Assembly: GCA_951406725.2 (NCBI GenBank)
Contig: OX597824.1
Span: 58,342,001-58,406,000 of the forward strand
DNA from: Octopus vulgaris
Taxonomy: Eukaryota
Direction: 5' to 3'
Length of the DNA stretch: 64,000 nucleotides
Numbering within the stretch: the first letter of the stretch is position 1; every line of letters starts with the position of its first letter. The position numbers were made by a program, and so were the translations under genes. Under the pieces are notes generated by a model. The model worked only from the letters and a program-made list of their open reading frames with translations, searched no databases and had not been told where the DNA came from. Positions 11,821-24,080 of this stretch are shown here, in pieces.

Positions 11821-12961
11821 AAACACACGAGTTCTCCAAACATCTAAGGGGGTGATGTTACACTCCTGAAACATTGGTGATAGTTCTATAAAAATAAGAA
11901 TTAGGTAACAAATGGACTTCTGAAAGTTCTTTTAGTGTTTTAACGGGTTTTAGTGTTTTAACGGGTTTTAAAAAAGTATTTTAAAAAACCTCTTAGTTTT
12001 CCAGAAAATGAAAATGAAATTGAAAATATAAATCCATCCATATTGAAGAAAGTTTGAATTCTGGAGATATAAGGAGAGGTATCATACTCACAGAATATGC
12101 ATTTATCCATAATTAGTCCATAATAAAGTGTGTTTCCTGATGTGTGATGATATATATTGGTTACCTTTCTGAGAATTTCTTCAAACTGCTATGTTAGAAA
12201 TTTGTTGAAGGAGGGTTAGTGAAGTGTGGAGACATTCCCTCACATAGGGTATATTAGAGTAACTAAGAGGGGAAGGGGATGTAATTGTCCAACTATGTAG
12301 AGTAGTTTATTTCAGTGGAGACGAATTGACTAAACAGAATTTGCAAGAATCAAAGAGCTTTGAGGAGGAATGCTAATCTTGACCAAATATCATCGTTAAT
12401 TGCTATATAAGGAGGATATGGGAAGGTAAAGAAGAGTCAAAGGTTGTCACTATAGGAAAAAAGATTAACAGATTTCAGTGCAAAACTAGAAAGGAAGTTA
12501 TTTAATTAATTTCTTTATTTATTAATGTTACTACTAATAATACGATGGCATACTTTAGGATTACATTAAGGGGTCAAAAGAAAGGATTGTGAGTTGTTTT
12601 TCATAATGAAAAAACGTTATATTATTTTTATGGGATTAGCAATATTTACTAGTAGTATATAAAAGAACTACGAAGTCTAATTAATTAATTAACTAATTTG
12701 CTATAAGTTGGATTACCTACATTAGATAAAAAAATTAGATAGAATTAATTTAAATTATTTATATAGCCTATTAGAATGAAAATTTATTTGTAACTAATTT
12801 ATTTCTTTATGTTTCAAACCTGGTACAATTAGAGAGAAAATAACCATAGCCCATGAGCCCGTAGCTATCTAATTAAATATATAATATATAATATATAAGA
12901 GTATTGCATTATTAGTATAAGCAAGATAGAAAAATCACAAAATGATTGTTATATACTGTTA

Positions 12962-15490
12962 TCATTTTAAATATTTTAGAGTCTTAGTCCTAGCGTGAAT
13001 ACAAGAGAGAGCCAGTTCTATACGGTTATTCAATAAATTTTCATTTCTTCTATGCATTAGTATTTCAAATGTTTCCATGGAGCAAAGTTGACAACCAACT
13101 CTGCTATTTTTATAAGGTATTGCTTTCCTAACTAATTCCCAATTAAGGTTATACTTAATATTACTGTTTTTTAGTTCCCAGATCTTACTTGAAAGTGTGG
13201 TGCTATCAGCTTTATGAGGTAATTTGAAAGAAGAGAGATGATTACTAATACGTTTCTTAAAATTTATAGTACACCCTAAATAAATATATTTGTTATTCTC
13301 TGTGGTTATGGTACATTTATTGATTACGTTATTTAACCCGCATAGACCAGGTGCCGGGCATTTTGATCTAATTCTACAGTTACACCTAGGGGGGTCATTT
13401 TCTGATGAGGAATTACTCAAGGATAGATGTCTCATATTACTGCTATTCAAAACATTCTGAGTATATTTTACGTTATTATGGTTACTGTTGCTATCTAAAA
13501 TAGTGTTATCGTTATTATAGTTAATGTTGTTATCTAAAGCAGTATTATCATTTGTCGGTCTTTCTACACTATCATTTAATTCTATAGTCCTACCATAATT
13601 ACTAACATTATTGGTATTGCTACTATTATTGCCAGTATTAGTTTCTAAAAGCATACTGTTACTATAGATATCATTGTTGTCTTCATTCTCGGTATTTTCC
13701 CTATTGATATTATTCATATTATTAACATAATTGTTTCTATTTGTATTATTATTATTTCTAGCTATTCTATGGCTATTGGTTATACCTATGTTATGATAGT
13801 TATTATTATTATTGTGGCTATTATTACTTTCGGTAATGTTACTACAATTGCCATTTGTATTCCTAATGTTATTATTTAAATTTTTTTCTGGCTAGTTTAA
13901 TGTTATTATTATTGATCTTAGCTATTAAAGTGGACATATTTGGGAGGGTTGAATAAGAAATTCTGACCGTTTTTTTAGAAATAATTTTATGATATCTATG
14001 GGAGGTTGGGAAGTTCTTTTCCAGAATTATTTTGAATCTACTCTGAATATCCGATAGAATCGCACAGTTGAAAGGAATATTTAACCACATTATATCCTTC
14101 TTATTAAATTTCCTAGAATTAGAATTGGGGTTAGTTGAATCATTCCTATTTTCACCAGAGTCGTTGTATATATTAATGTTCCTATTTGCATGCCTCTTTG
14201 CATTATCTAAATTTATCTTATCCGTATTAACTATGTTCTGGTCTATGTTCTTATCATTATTCCTATTTTCATTTAGATTTGTTGTCATCGTAAATCTACT
14301 TCTACTTTTATTTCTGGTGTGATCTCTATTGTTGTTTACGTGGCTATTGTTACTACTTTTATTAGGAATATGTAAGTTCTCTTTATCAATGTTACTAATT
14401 TCATGTTTCTTTGTTTTATCTAAAATTATCCTATCCGAGTTACCTGTGTTTTGGTCTATGTTCTTATCTTTGTTCTCATTTCTATTTAGATTTGATGTCA
14501 CATTAAATCTATCTACTTCTACTTTTATTTCTGGCGTGATCACTATTGTTGTTTACGTAGTTATTGTTACTTCTTTTATTAGGAATATGTAAGTTCTCTT
14601 TTTCAATAAAGGTAATTTTTTGGTTGTATCCTGCCTTAGATAACGCCGCATTATAATGCTCTGAATGGGAGTTAAATATATCAAAATTGGATGATAATTT
14701 AGATTCTTAGGGAAATATTTCTAACCACGATTTAATTATATTTGGAGGATGATTGGATAATTTATTTACGTAACTAGTGATTTCACCTTCCTTTCTAAAT
14801 GGGTAATGTAGCTTAGAGTTAAGGTCTAAAGTAATATCTAGGAAATTGACTATTTTAGTGCCTGGTTCATAGGTTATGCTAAGGTTGAAATCTTTAAAGA
14901 ACCTATTAATTTTCTTTCTAATCCTTTCAATGTTCGATTTATTATTACTAGGGATAACAAACAAAGCATCATCTCTATATAGACCACTTTGTAATTCAGG
15001 GATCTCCTTTTTTATGCATTTTAAAAGATATGCGCCTACTAAATTAGTCACCTCAGCCGAATCACTGGAGCCCATGGGTATATCGAAATTATTAGGGGTA
15101 TCTGCTCTGGTCCATAATTTTCCCTCAAACTCTATAAATGTTTTTCTAGCTAAGAGTACAATGTCTATTTCCTCTCTAGATATGAGGGAGCGATTCATAG
15201 CGAATATTTAAAAGAATAGGGGAAATACTAGAGTAATAGTTGTTTATGTCAAATTGAATAAAGGCCAGATTATTAGTATTGGTTAGGGGGTTAAACCATT
15301 TTAATACCTCATCGGTATTTATCCATAGACTTAAGGGAAGAAGCGGGGTTATTTGGGGTAGAACAATATCAAGGATAGATTTACTAAGTCGGCCAATATC
15401 TGACTTAAGCTTTACCGACGGGTTTTCCATGAAATTCCTTTTGTGATTAATCCTAGGTTCACACGGTATAAGCAGTTCTGTTCTATCCGT
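12962..15490 (-). pseudogene. PLE RT-GIY-YIG polyprotein broken by small indels
   Basis: Track ORFs 15176-15490, 14707-15198, 13872-14543 and 12962-13717 join via small indels, e.g. one extra A in an A7 run at 13881-13887. Confidence 0.88.
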
Positions 15491-15586
<96 letters not shown>

Positions 15587-15715
15587 TAAATATATATATA
15601 TATATACACACATATACGTATACATATGTAAGTATATTCGTGCGTAAATACACAAACACATATATAGGTATATATACGCATTTATATATATATGAATACT
15701 TATATATATACATAT

Positions 15716-15771
<56 letters not shown>

Positions 15772-16239
15772 ATATATTGGATATATGCTCAGTAATGCTT
15801 ACAACCCATTCTGGTTCAGAGGTAATATGAGTATTAAATGAGAAGAAAGACCATAAACCTTTTTACGCTTTCAATCCTCAACACACCAACACATCCTTGC
15901 ACAAACATGCATACATTCTTCATAAACGTACCAAGTGCAGCTCTCCTTTTTTACAATGTACAGTATGTCGTCTCCATTGCCTGCTATCCGTTATACATAT
16001 AATATTCAACAGAAAATAAAGCCTAGCAAACTGTCACATCACCAAGCTAATATGTATAGCTGTCAATCACAAGCGAGTATTAACTTATAGCTTGTGTCAT
16101 GCTTTTACTGATTGTTTAAGGTGCCCATGTAGTCGAGGACAACTACAGACATCTAAGCATTCCCACCTCTGACCTTGAGGAACAATATGTATTTAACAGC
16201 TAGAAAGAGGAATAAAAACAGCTACCCCATCAATTGGCT

Positions 16240-16380
16240 TGTACCCATTTTCTACTGAGTAGTTTCGAGCAGCATAAAATAAAGTGCCTTGCTCAAGGAC
16301 AACGTACCACTTGGTCCAGATATCGAATTTAGGAGATTATGTTCATGAGCTTAAAATCTTAACCATTAGGCCTTGCGCCT
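16240..16380 (-). mobile_element. SINE family C, partial
   Basis: GAGCAGCATAAAATAAAGTGCCTTGCTCAAGGACA matches about 39587-39620. Confidence 0.55.
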
Positions 16381-16714
16381 TCACCCACATTATTTAGTCT
16401 ACACAAATAACTCTTCCAAAAATTGTAACTCACTGAACGGTATATTAGAAAGATCCGTCGTCTCACATACTATTTTAAGCCAGTACCAGTATGACCTTCC
16501 CATACCCTATCAAAAGATATACGGCCTCATACGCAAATGGCATTATATTCATATTCCCCATTAATCACCACATTCACCTACCTAGCTATTACAAGCCCTG
16601 CACGAATCAAAGAAATCTGATTCCAAATCAACAAATTAAGGCAGCACCTACCAAATTCTCTTGCTCTAACAACACTAGAAAACATCAAATACAACAACTA
16701 ATAATATTGCTTTC

Positions 16715-16888
16715 TCATTTTAACACAAGGCCAGCAATTTTGGGGATGGAATGAACTGATTACCTCAACCCCGTGTTCAACTGGTACTTATTTTATCGAC
16801 TCAGAAATGATGTAAGGCAAAGTCGACCCCGGCGGAATTTCGAGTGTTTTGCCAGGCGTGCTAACCATTCTGCCAGCTCGCCGTCTTC
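16715..16888 (-). mobile_element. SINE family A (internally deleted)
   Basis: CAACTGGTACTTATTTTATCGAC..GGCAAAGTCGACCCCGGCGGAATTT..TTCTGCCAGCTCGCCG. Confidence 0.8.
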
Positions 16889-17487
16889 ACAACTACTACA
16901 CATAATATTAAACAACATGAACATATTGTTCCGGTGATAGATTAACATAATCGGCCTTAATCTGAGAGAGGCGATTAGTGGCTAATTGTTGTTGTTTAAC
17001 ATGAGTCAGTCCTGATCAAGCAGACTAAAGGTGTACAAATATAACTACTCAGTTTTCGATTTAGACGTTGAGTATATTATCCAGGATCCTTCTGTATTAC
17101 AAATGTATTTTTGTATTTTGTAAGAGATTTAACTTTTATTTCACAACGACGTGGTTAGGCTCAACTATCAGCTGATAGGTGTGAGAAAAAGCCCTAGGTA
17201 ACTAGTCGAGGAGTCAGTAGTTCGAACACTCGTCACCAGGCAGAAAATACCAAAGGTATAACGGAGTAGTTAAATTCATTTATTGTAATCTCGATACTGC
17301 AGCTGCTGCTGCTGCTGATGATGATGATGATGATAATGATGATAATAATAATGATGATGATTATGATGATTATGATAACAGTAGTGGTGGAAGTGATGAT
17401 GTGGATAGTACTGGTGGTGATCATGTTGATAGTGATTATGATCATTTTGAAGTTGAAAATATCAATCATAGCTAGTGACTGAAAATA

Positions 17488-17527
<40 letters not shown>

Positions 17528-17852
17528 GGAGGAGGAGGAGGAGGAGGAGAAGGAGGGGGAATGACAGTAGTGATTGAGGTAGTGGATGTCAATGGCATTG
17601 AAGTGAGACTGATGATAAACTGACGATTCAAACATCAACTCAACTAGTGACTGGTAATTTAAAACTGTTAACTATTAACAGATGAGGCTGCGAGAACCAA
17701 ACAACAACAACACAGGATAATTTTTCCCAGTATAATTCCAAGATGTTATATTTAGTTTAAGGCGGGGCTAGGTGCACTATTAACAACCCTTTACACCCTA
17801 TATTTGTCTTCCTTTATGTCTTTTCGTGTGTATACATTTATACATACATACA

Positions 17853-17943
<91 letters not shown>

Positions 17944-18257
17944 GTGTGTGTGTATGGATGTATATTCCTATACATATGTACATTATACGCACGCACACTA
18001 ACATATGGCCATTGTTAAGGAACGATTTGGAGAAAAACTCAATACAAACATAACGTGCAGTAATTCATTTAGGCCGATTCATAGGCTTGTAACAACGAAC
18101 CAGCGTAAATCAACAACATGTATGTATGTATGTATGTATGTATGTATGTATGTGTGTATGTATGTATGTATGTATGTATGTATGTATGTATGTATGTATG
18201 TATGTATGTATGGATGGATGGATGGATGGATGCATGGATGCATGCATGCATGCATGC

Positions 18258-18390
18258 ATGCATCAAACCATGCAGATCATCAGTGGGGCTAAATAGTCAT
18301 ATGAGAAGCCATAAATGGAATATCAGAAATGCCGTAGACAACAAAGAAGCTGAGAGCCGACGATCGTCTGTGAAGATGGAGCAATCACAA
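18258..18390 (+). mobile_element. RTE-clade LINE 3' tip between (TATG)n tracts
   Basis: CIKPCRSSVGLNSHMRSH matches the C-terminal C..C.S..GL.SH.R.H motif of RTE/BovB-like ORFs. (TATG)n on both sides. Confidence 0.6.
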
Positions 18391-18737
18391 CGTATGTATG
18401 TATGTATGTATGTATGAATGAATGTATGTATGTATGTATGTATGTATGTATGTATGTATGTATGTATGTATGTGTGTGTGTATGTACATGTGTGCGTTTA
18501 AATGTATGTGTGTGTGTACGTACACACAAAGATACACGGTTATGGGTGGATATGTATGCACTCAGCTCTTCACACATTACATTATTCCGTTTCACGTCGG
18601 AATTTTCCCAGTAAGTTCTAAATACGCTTAAGAAGTTTCCTATAGGAATCTTCTTAAAATTTAAAAGACATCTCATTAAATTTTTTTTTTATATTTATGA
18701 AATGGATATTTGGTTACCAATATTTATATCTCTCGCA

Positions 18738-18926
18738 AAGGCGATAAGCCAGCAGAATCGTTAGCGCGCCGGGCGAAAAGCTTAGCGGCATTTCGTCTGA
18801 CTTCAAGTCCTGAGTTTAAAGGTCGACTTTACCTTTCGTCTTTTCGGGGTCGATAGAATAAGTACCAGATGAAGATTGGGGGCGATGTAACCGATTTATC
18901 CCACCCACCCGAAATTACTGGCCTTG
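18738..18926 (+). mobile_element. SINE family A
   Basis: AAGGCGATAAGCCAGCAGAATCGTTAGCGCGCCGGGCG...GGGGTCGATAGAATAAGTACCAG. Confidence 0.82.
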
Positions 18927-19151
18927 AGAGAGGGATAAAGTGAGAAAAAGAGCTGGAGTAGGTTGGCAAGAATGAAATAAGGAGAGAGGAAAAGAGAGAG
19001 TGGTGAGAGTGAAGCTCCTAAAACCACTGTGTGTGTGTGTAGGTAAATGTGAAAATGTTTTCATTTATATAGATGTGTAATACATATGAAGGAATATATA
19101 GTAGATGTATCCATGTTTATAATGCAATAGATTGCATCCAGTTAAGATTGG

Positions 19152-19209
<58 letters not shown>

Positions 19210-20221
19210 GTATGTATATATACACACACAATTGAAAAATAGGATAAAATCTTTATAAGAATTTATTAAGTAGCGTGAAAAATCTCATAAGGAAAAATGC
19301 AACAATTTTTCCTCTTAAATATATTTACTTATATTAAGGACATTACTATACATAAATGCCTTATGCTAAGAAGGACTCTTAAAGTCAAAACTACCATAAA
19401 AAATAAACACATTGTACCGAACTCGAGGGAATGCAACTCTCGAAGCGAGCATTTTAAAAACACAATTCAGCTGCATATCATATGATTTCATAATTAGTGC
19501 ACAAAATGCACTTTTTAATCGTCAGTGCAAGCATAATTCAAGACATAAAAGTGAACAAAAATCAACATGCCAGACCAACAACAAATGTATCCAGCATAGT
19601 ACATAGAATTGTTCACACTTATATATCTATGTAAAAGGCTCGCTTTTCGAAATGCATCTCGGTACCCTTGTTAATTCAGAATAAAATTCAGAGAGACACA
19701 CATATATGCACAAATCACTCCTACACACAAGCACACTCGAATACATGCAACACACGCACTGTAATAATTATGCTTCTGCATGTGTGAATTCAATAATTCA
19801 TGTAGTCGTATGTTGTATAGGATTTGTATGTCATCATGTCTTTGTGTATTGTGTTTCGGAGTGAAATAGCGTGTAGTCATGAAAAGTTAGTCGTGTGTTA
19901 AGCTAAATAGCGACAGTGTGTGTATTACTGTATCTGGGTGTTCGTGTGCTTAGATTAAGTTAGTAGTTATGTTCTTGCGGTTGTGCGTATGTGGATGTAT
20001 AATTATATGGGAGTATTTATGTGGTCTGTGAGATTTGCGTACAAGAGTGGTATACTCTATTGGGATGCAATGTGGTAGGGTAGACACGTACGCCTGAATC
20101 CAAAGGCAATGACTTCAAGGGTTTCATCGACACCAATACTCTAGTGGTACTTATTTTATCGACCTCGAAAGGATAAAAAGCATAGTCGACTTTGGCGGAA
20201 TTTGAAATCCGTTTATGTATT

Positions 20222-20430
20222 AGTTTCAAATTTTGTTACAAGGCCAGCTATTTCAAGGGAGGGGTAAGTCGATTACATCGACCCCAGTGCTTAACTGGTA
20301 CTTATTTTATCGACCCGAAATGATTAAAGCAAAGTCGCACTTGGCGGAATTTGAACTTAGAACCTAAAGACAGGCGAAATACCGTTAAGCATTTTGCCCG
20401 GATGCTAACGATTCTGCCAGCTCATCGCCT
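20222..20430 (-). mobile_element. SINE family A, near full length (another partial copy at ~20120-20210)
   Basis: GTTTCAAATTTTG...GTCGATTACATCGACCCCAGTG...GCTAACGATTCTGCCAGCTCATCGCCT. Confidence 0.85.
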
Positions 20431-21021
20431 TAGTAGCCTGTTTATATATTGATGGATATCTTTGCTACATTAAAAAATTATGTTCGTTGCAATATGTATG
20501 ATATCAAATTTCCTTTCGACAGCCTTATTACAAACATACATAAATAAATTGTACCTCCTACTCCCTTCTCTCCCTTAATTATTATTATCTCGTTATATGA
20601 CTGTCGCTTAATAACTATTCGGCTAATTGAGGTCGTGACACACTTTCAATTTCTCATAAGAACAGCTTCATACTTCCCAATCCTTTTAAGAAATGTATCA
20701 AAGTCACGGAATGCATTTCTCCTCTGCAAATAAATTTATGGCAAAAGATTCATTTAAACAAAATTGTAATGGTAAAGACTTCTTAAGGAAGTGTTCTTTT
20801 ATAATCAAGAGCTCAGTTCAATCCCATATAGTAGAGTTGTTATTTTGTGTGTGTTCTACCAATATTTGTTAATGAAGAAAGTACGGAAACTAAATTTGGG
20901 TTTTTACATTAGGTCACTTAGTGCTAGCATCTCCTTAAATTTTCTGAATTTTAATAAGTTTGCAAATGAAGAGTTTTCTAATCACTTAATCGTTTCGGAT
21001 CTTGTGCTCTGTCTCCACATC

Positions 21022-21094
<73 letters not shown>

Positions 21095-21364
21095 TGTATA
21101 TGCATGTATATATATAATGCATATATATATATACACTAAATGCATTTAGTAGGAGTTAGTTTGTTCAGGTTCAAATTGCCGAATGACAAAATACAGGAAG
21201 TCCGAGATGGCAAATGAAAGTCCAAGATTTCTACTGGAAAATGGGCTGCTACTGGTCAAGGCAGATCACATAGCGTTGTTAGAAAAGAGATCAGCATTTC
21301 AGTGACACAAGGCGCTTTGGTGTCTGAGGGCCTTCCTAGAGACTTGGAAGTTACTCCTGCTTAG

Positions 21365-21830
21365 ATAATATCGCTTCTAACGTTGCACGCTACAACAGAC
21401 GTAAACATGCACCCACAGAACCTCCAACTCAACCTGTAACTCCGAAACCCTACCAGCTACCTTCTAAGAAGATTTTGTCCCTCGAGTGCTGTAGTTTACA
21501 CATTCACCCTCACACCATTGGATTGGATAACGAGGCACTACATAAGCATGACAGCCAATAGCTTCAAGGAAGGATACACACAGCATATGCACTCTTTTAG
21601 ATGTAGAGCTAAAGAGAATTCCAACTTTTTCTCGTTTCCTCTGGTGACTCTGCAGCCTCTGGAATTAACCCTTCCCCCAACATGAAATAGACCATTATTG
21701 ACATGGCCTCACCCTACTCACCTGACTCCTGCATTTGCCAGCTCTCCTTCCATGAAAAACTGCACATTCTTACAATAACCTACTGCTTCTATTAACAGGA
21801 AACACGGCCTATCTTATTGATGCCCTCAGA
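21365..21830 (+). mobile_element. PLE GIY-YIG endonuclease relic (Hydra-type)
   Basis: Broken frames give ASNVARYNRRK..TCN....SSAVVYTFT..YISMTANSFKEGYTQHMHSFRCRAKENS, homologous to the EN at 12962-13390. Confidence 0.6.
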
Positions 21831-23149
21831 GGTACGCCCTCCAACTGAACTTCAAACTACTGACCGCCGACAACCCAGGTACACCATCTTAACATTGGCT
21901 GCTCCTCAACACTAGCTGCTAAGCAACCTAGAAGAGAGTTCCTAACTACCAATACTTACGCAGACTGTAGACTGATCCCACAAGCTTGTGTATCTTATGT
22001 AACTCCTTACATTCGCCATCATAAACGTGGTGTGCACACTCAAGCAAACTCACATATACACTTATACACACGCGCACACATACATCTACGTAGGTATACT
22101 TCTCTTATTTTTCCTCCACCACAACACCGAACCTCGGTATAATGCCTACTTTCCTCCTCCAGCAATGCTGTTGCAACAACATTAGCATGCATCTGTTACA
22201 TCCACACGCATAAATACCAAAAGCATGAATATATATGTACACAAACACGCGCACAACAGGCGTAAACACATGCATTCATATATGTTCTACACAAACTACG
22301 TGCACGCACTATGCACAAATGCATTGCATACTTACGTACACACACCCATACATGCATCCAAAGTACTTTCGTGCACGCAACAGTATACAACAGGCCCTAA
22401 CGCACACGTATTGACGCACACACACTCGCGCGCGCGCTCTCATAAACCAATAATAATCCTACATCCACGTAGTCGTACATCTGGTACGCGCGCGCACACC
22501 TACGCACATACACACAGACAGACACACACACACACTTTCTCTGGCCTTGCGTCTGTCAGCTTCCAAGACTCTACAAAGGCCCATCAGATACCAAGGCACC
22601 ACCAGTATCCTGTCCAGCGACGCGGTCCAAGAAATTCTCTTTTGTAATGCATCTGGTGTCGCCGAATTTGCTGATTCCTCTTCTAATAATATCAGGTGAC
22701 TCGCCTTGACTAAGAGCAGACCATTTTACCGTAACCATCTTGGACTTCCTATATTTCTTCATTCGGTAATCTGAACTCGAACCAATTTTCTGTTAGGAGC
22801 CAGCGAAACTTCAAGTCGTATGGAGCGGAATCGAATTGCTTTAAATAATATCATATATATATATATGTATATACACCAATATATACATATGTGTATGTGT
22901 GTGTGTGCGTGTGTACGTGCATGTGTGGATGTGGGTGTGTCTGTTTGTGTGTGTGTGTGTGCGTGCGCTATTCGATTGATTCAAAACCCATATATGCATT
23001 TATAAACACAATTCTCTCTAATTATTGTTTGGTTAGGAATGGCTTCACAATAAAAGAAATGATACTAAAGTTAACTCGTAAACCATATTTCCTGATCCCT
23101 GCTTAATATGTTTCATAGTTGCACGAAACATTTCATTTGTGCTTATTAG

Positions 23150-24080
23150 TTTCGTGTAGGTGAAGGTATAGGTCCTCCCAGACACTGTGTCTGGAGGAAG
23201 TCACAGCACCTAAGACATCTGCAGGCTCTCTAAGTCCGATGGAATTGATACTATTTATATTTCGTGTAGAAATGACAGTAGTAGGCAGATTCCAGAGGAA
23301 AAATGTTCTGGGTAAGAAGGACTCAGAAAATGTGGGGCCAAGGCGTTTGAATACAGCTAAGTGATGGGGACGAATGGATCGGCAGTGCAGGAGAGAGATG
23401 TAAGACCAGCTACTCTAAAGAACAGAGGCCATCATTTTAATAATACAAAAGTCAGAGAAGAGGTAGTATGCCTGTGGTCCAGAAATTGGAGCATGTCTGT
23501 GAGTTATTTTATGCCTGTCAGTTTTCTGACCATATCCTTTCTAAGAGTGTGGTCCAAGATGTCTGAGTGTGCAACAGTATCACAGTTCAAGAAGTGAGAG
23601 CAATATGCCATTGTGGGCCTTCTTTGATCTTTGAAAAGTGTCATCAATAATTGGGATCTGAAATATTTTCTAGTCCAGAATAGAAGGGCCAGTTGTGACT
23701 GCAGTCCAAGGATGCACTTTCGTTAGGAGAGACACTTGTCGATAGTGAGCCTAACATATAGAGCGACAATGAGAACCCCAGGGAGGAAGGTTAGGAAGGA
23801 ATGAAGATTGGCATCATGTACGCGTGGGCATTACGGCAGCTGATGGCTAGTAGATGAAGAATGTGTGGAACAAAACGGATTCCTGGGGTACACAAGGGCT
23901 TTTATAATGTTTATCAGAAATGCCTTCTGCACACGCCACAGAGCCAAGTGATAGGGGATAATGGAGTCTATAACCAGGCAGATTTGACAGCAAATTCGCG
24001 TCATTGATTTGTAAGATAAGGAATTCAAGCCCCTATAGATATGGGTTTACGAACGCCCTGCGTTGGTCATAAAGATGGAA
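23150..24080 (-). mobile_element. CR1/Jockey-group LINE RT relic
   Basis: Minus frames give VPQESVLFHTFFIY (similar to GVPQGSVL.P.LF.IY) and LFKDQRRPTMAYCSH...LTDMLQFLDHRH. Confidence 0.7.

Larger units (their letters stand above)
11351..15490 (-). mobile_element. Penelope-like retroelement (YRDD RT + C-terminal GIY-YIG; probably Hydra clade), 5'-truncated, with inverted terminal duplication
   Basis: RT motifs [35 protein letters not shown] and VNFLDITLDL. Thumb motif ISYSTLPNM. EN CNCRIRSKCPAPGLC..YIYLGCTINFKKRISNH..CQLCSME..SCIH. About 1.26 kb 3' region. Arms 11351-11675 and 11699-12043 are inverted. Flanked by (TA)n. Confidence 0.95.

Noticed and set aside
13875-13890. Programmed frameshift at AAAAAAATTT in the PLE
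   Set aside because: It would need a +1 shift, and other indels occur nearby. A homopolymer indel or sequencing error is simpler.
18738-18830. tRNA genes
   Set aside because: Box A/B sequences belong to SINE heads, and no cloverleaf forms.
22665-22825. HHR-like GAA-ACTTCAAGT-C with a possible stem II
   Set aside because: No CUGANGA core or stem I in the required position.
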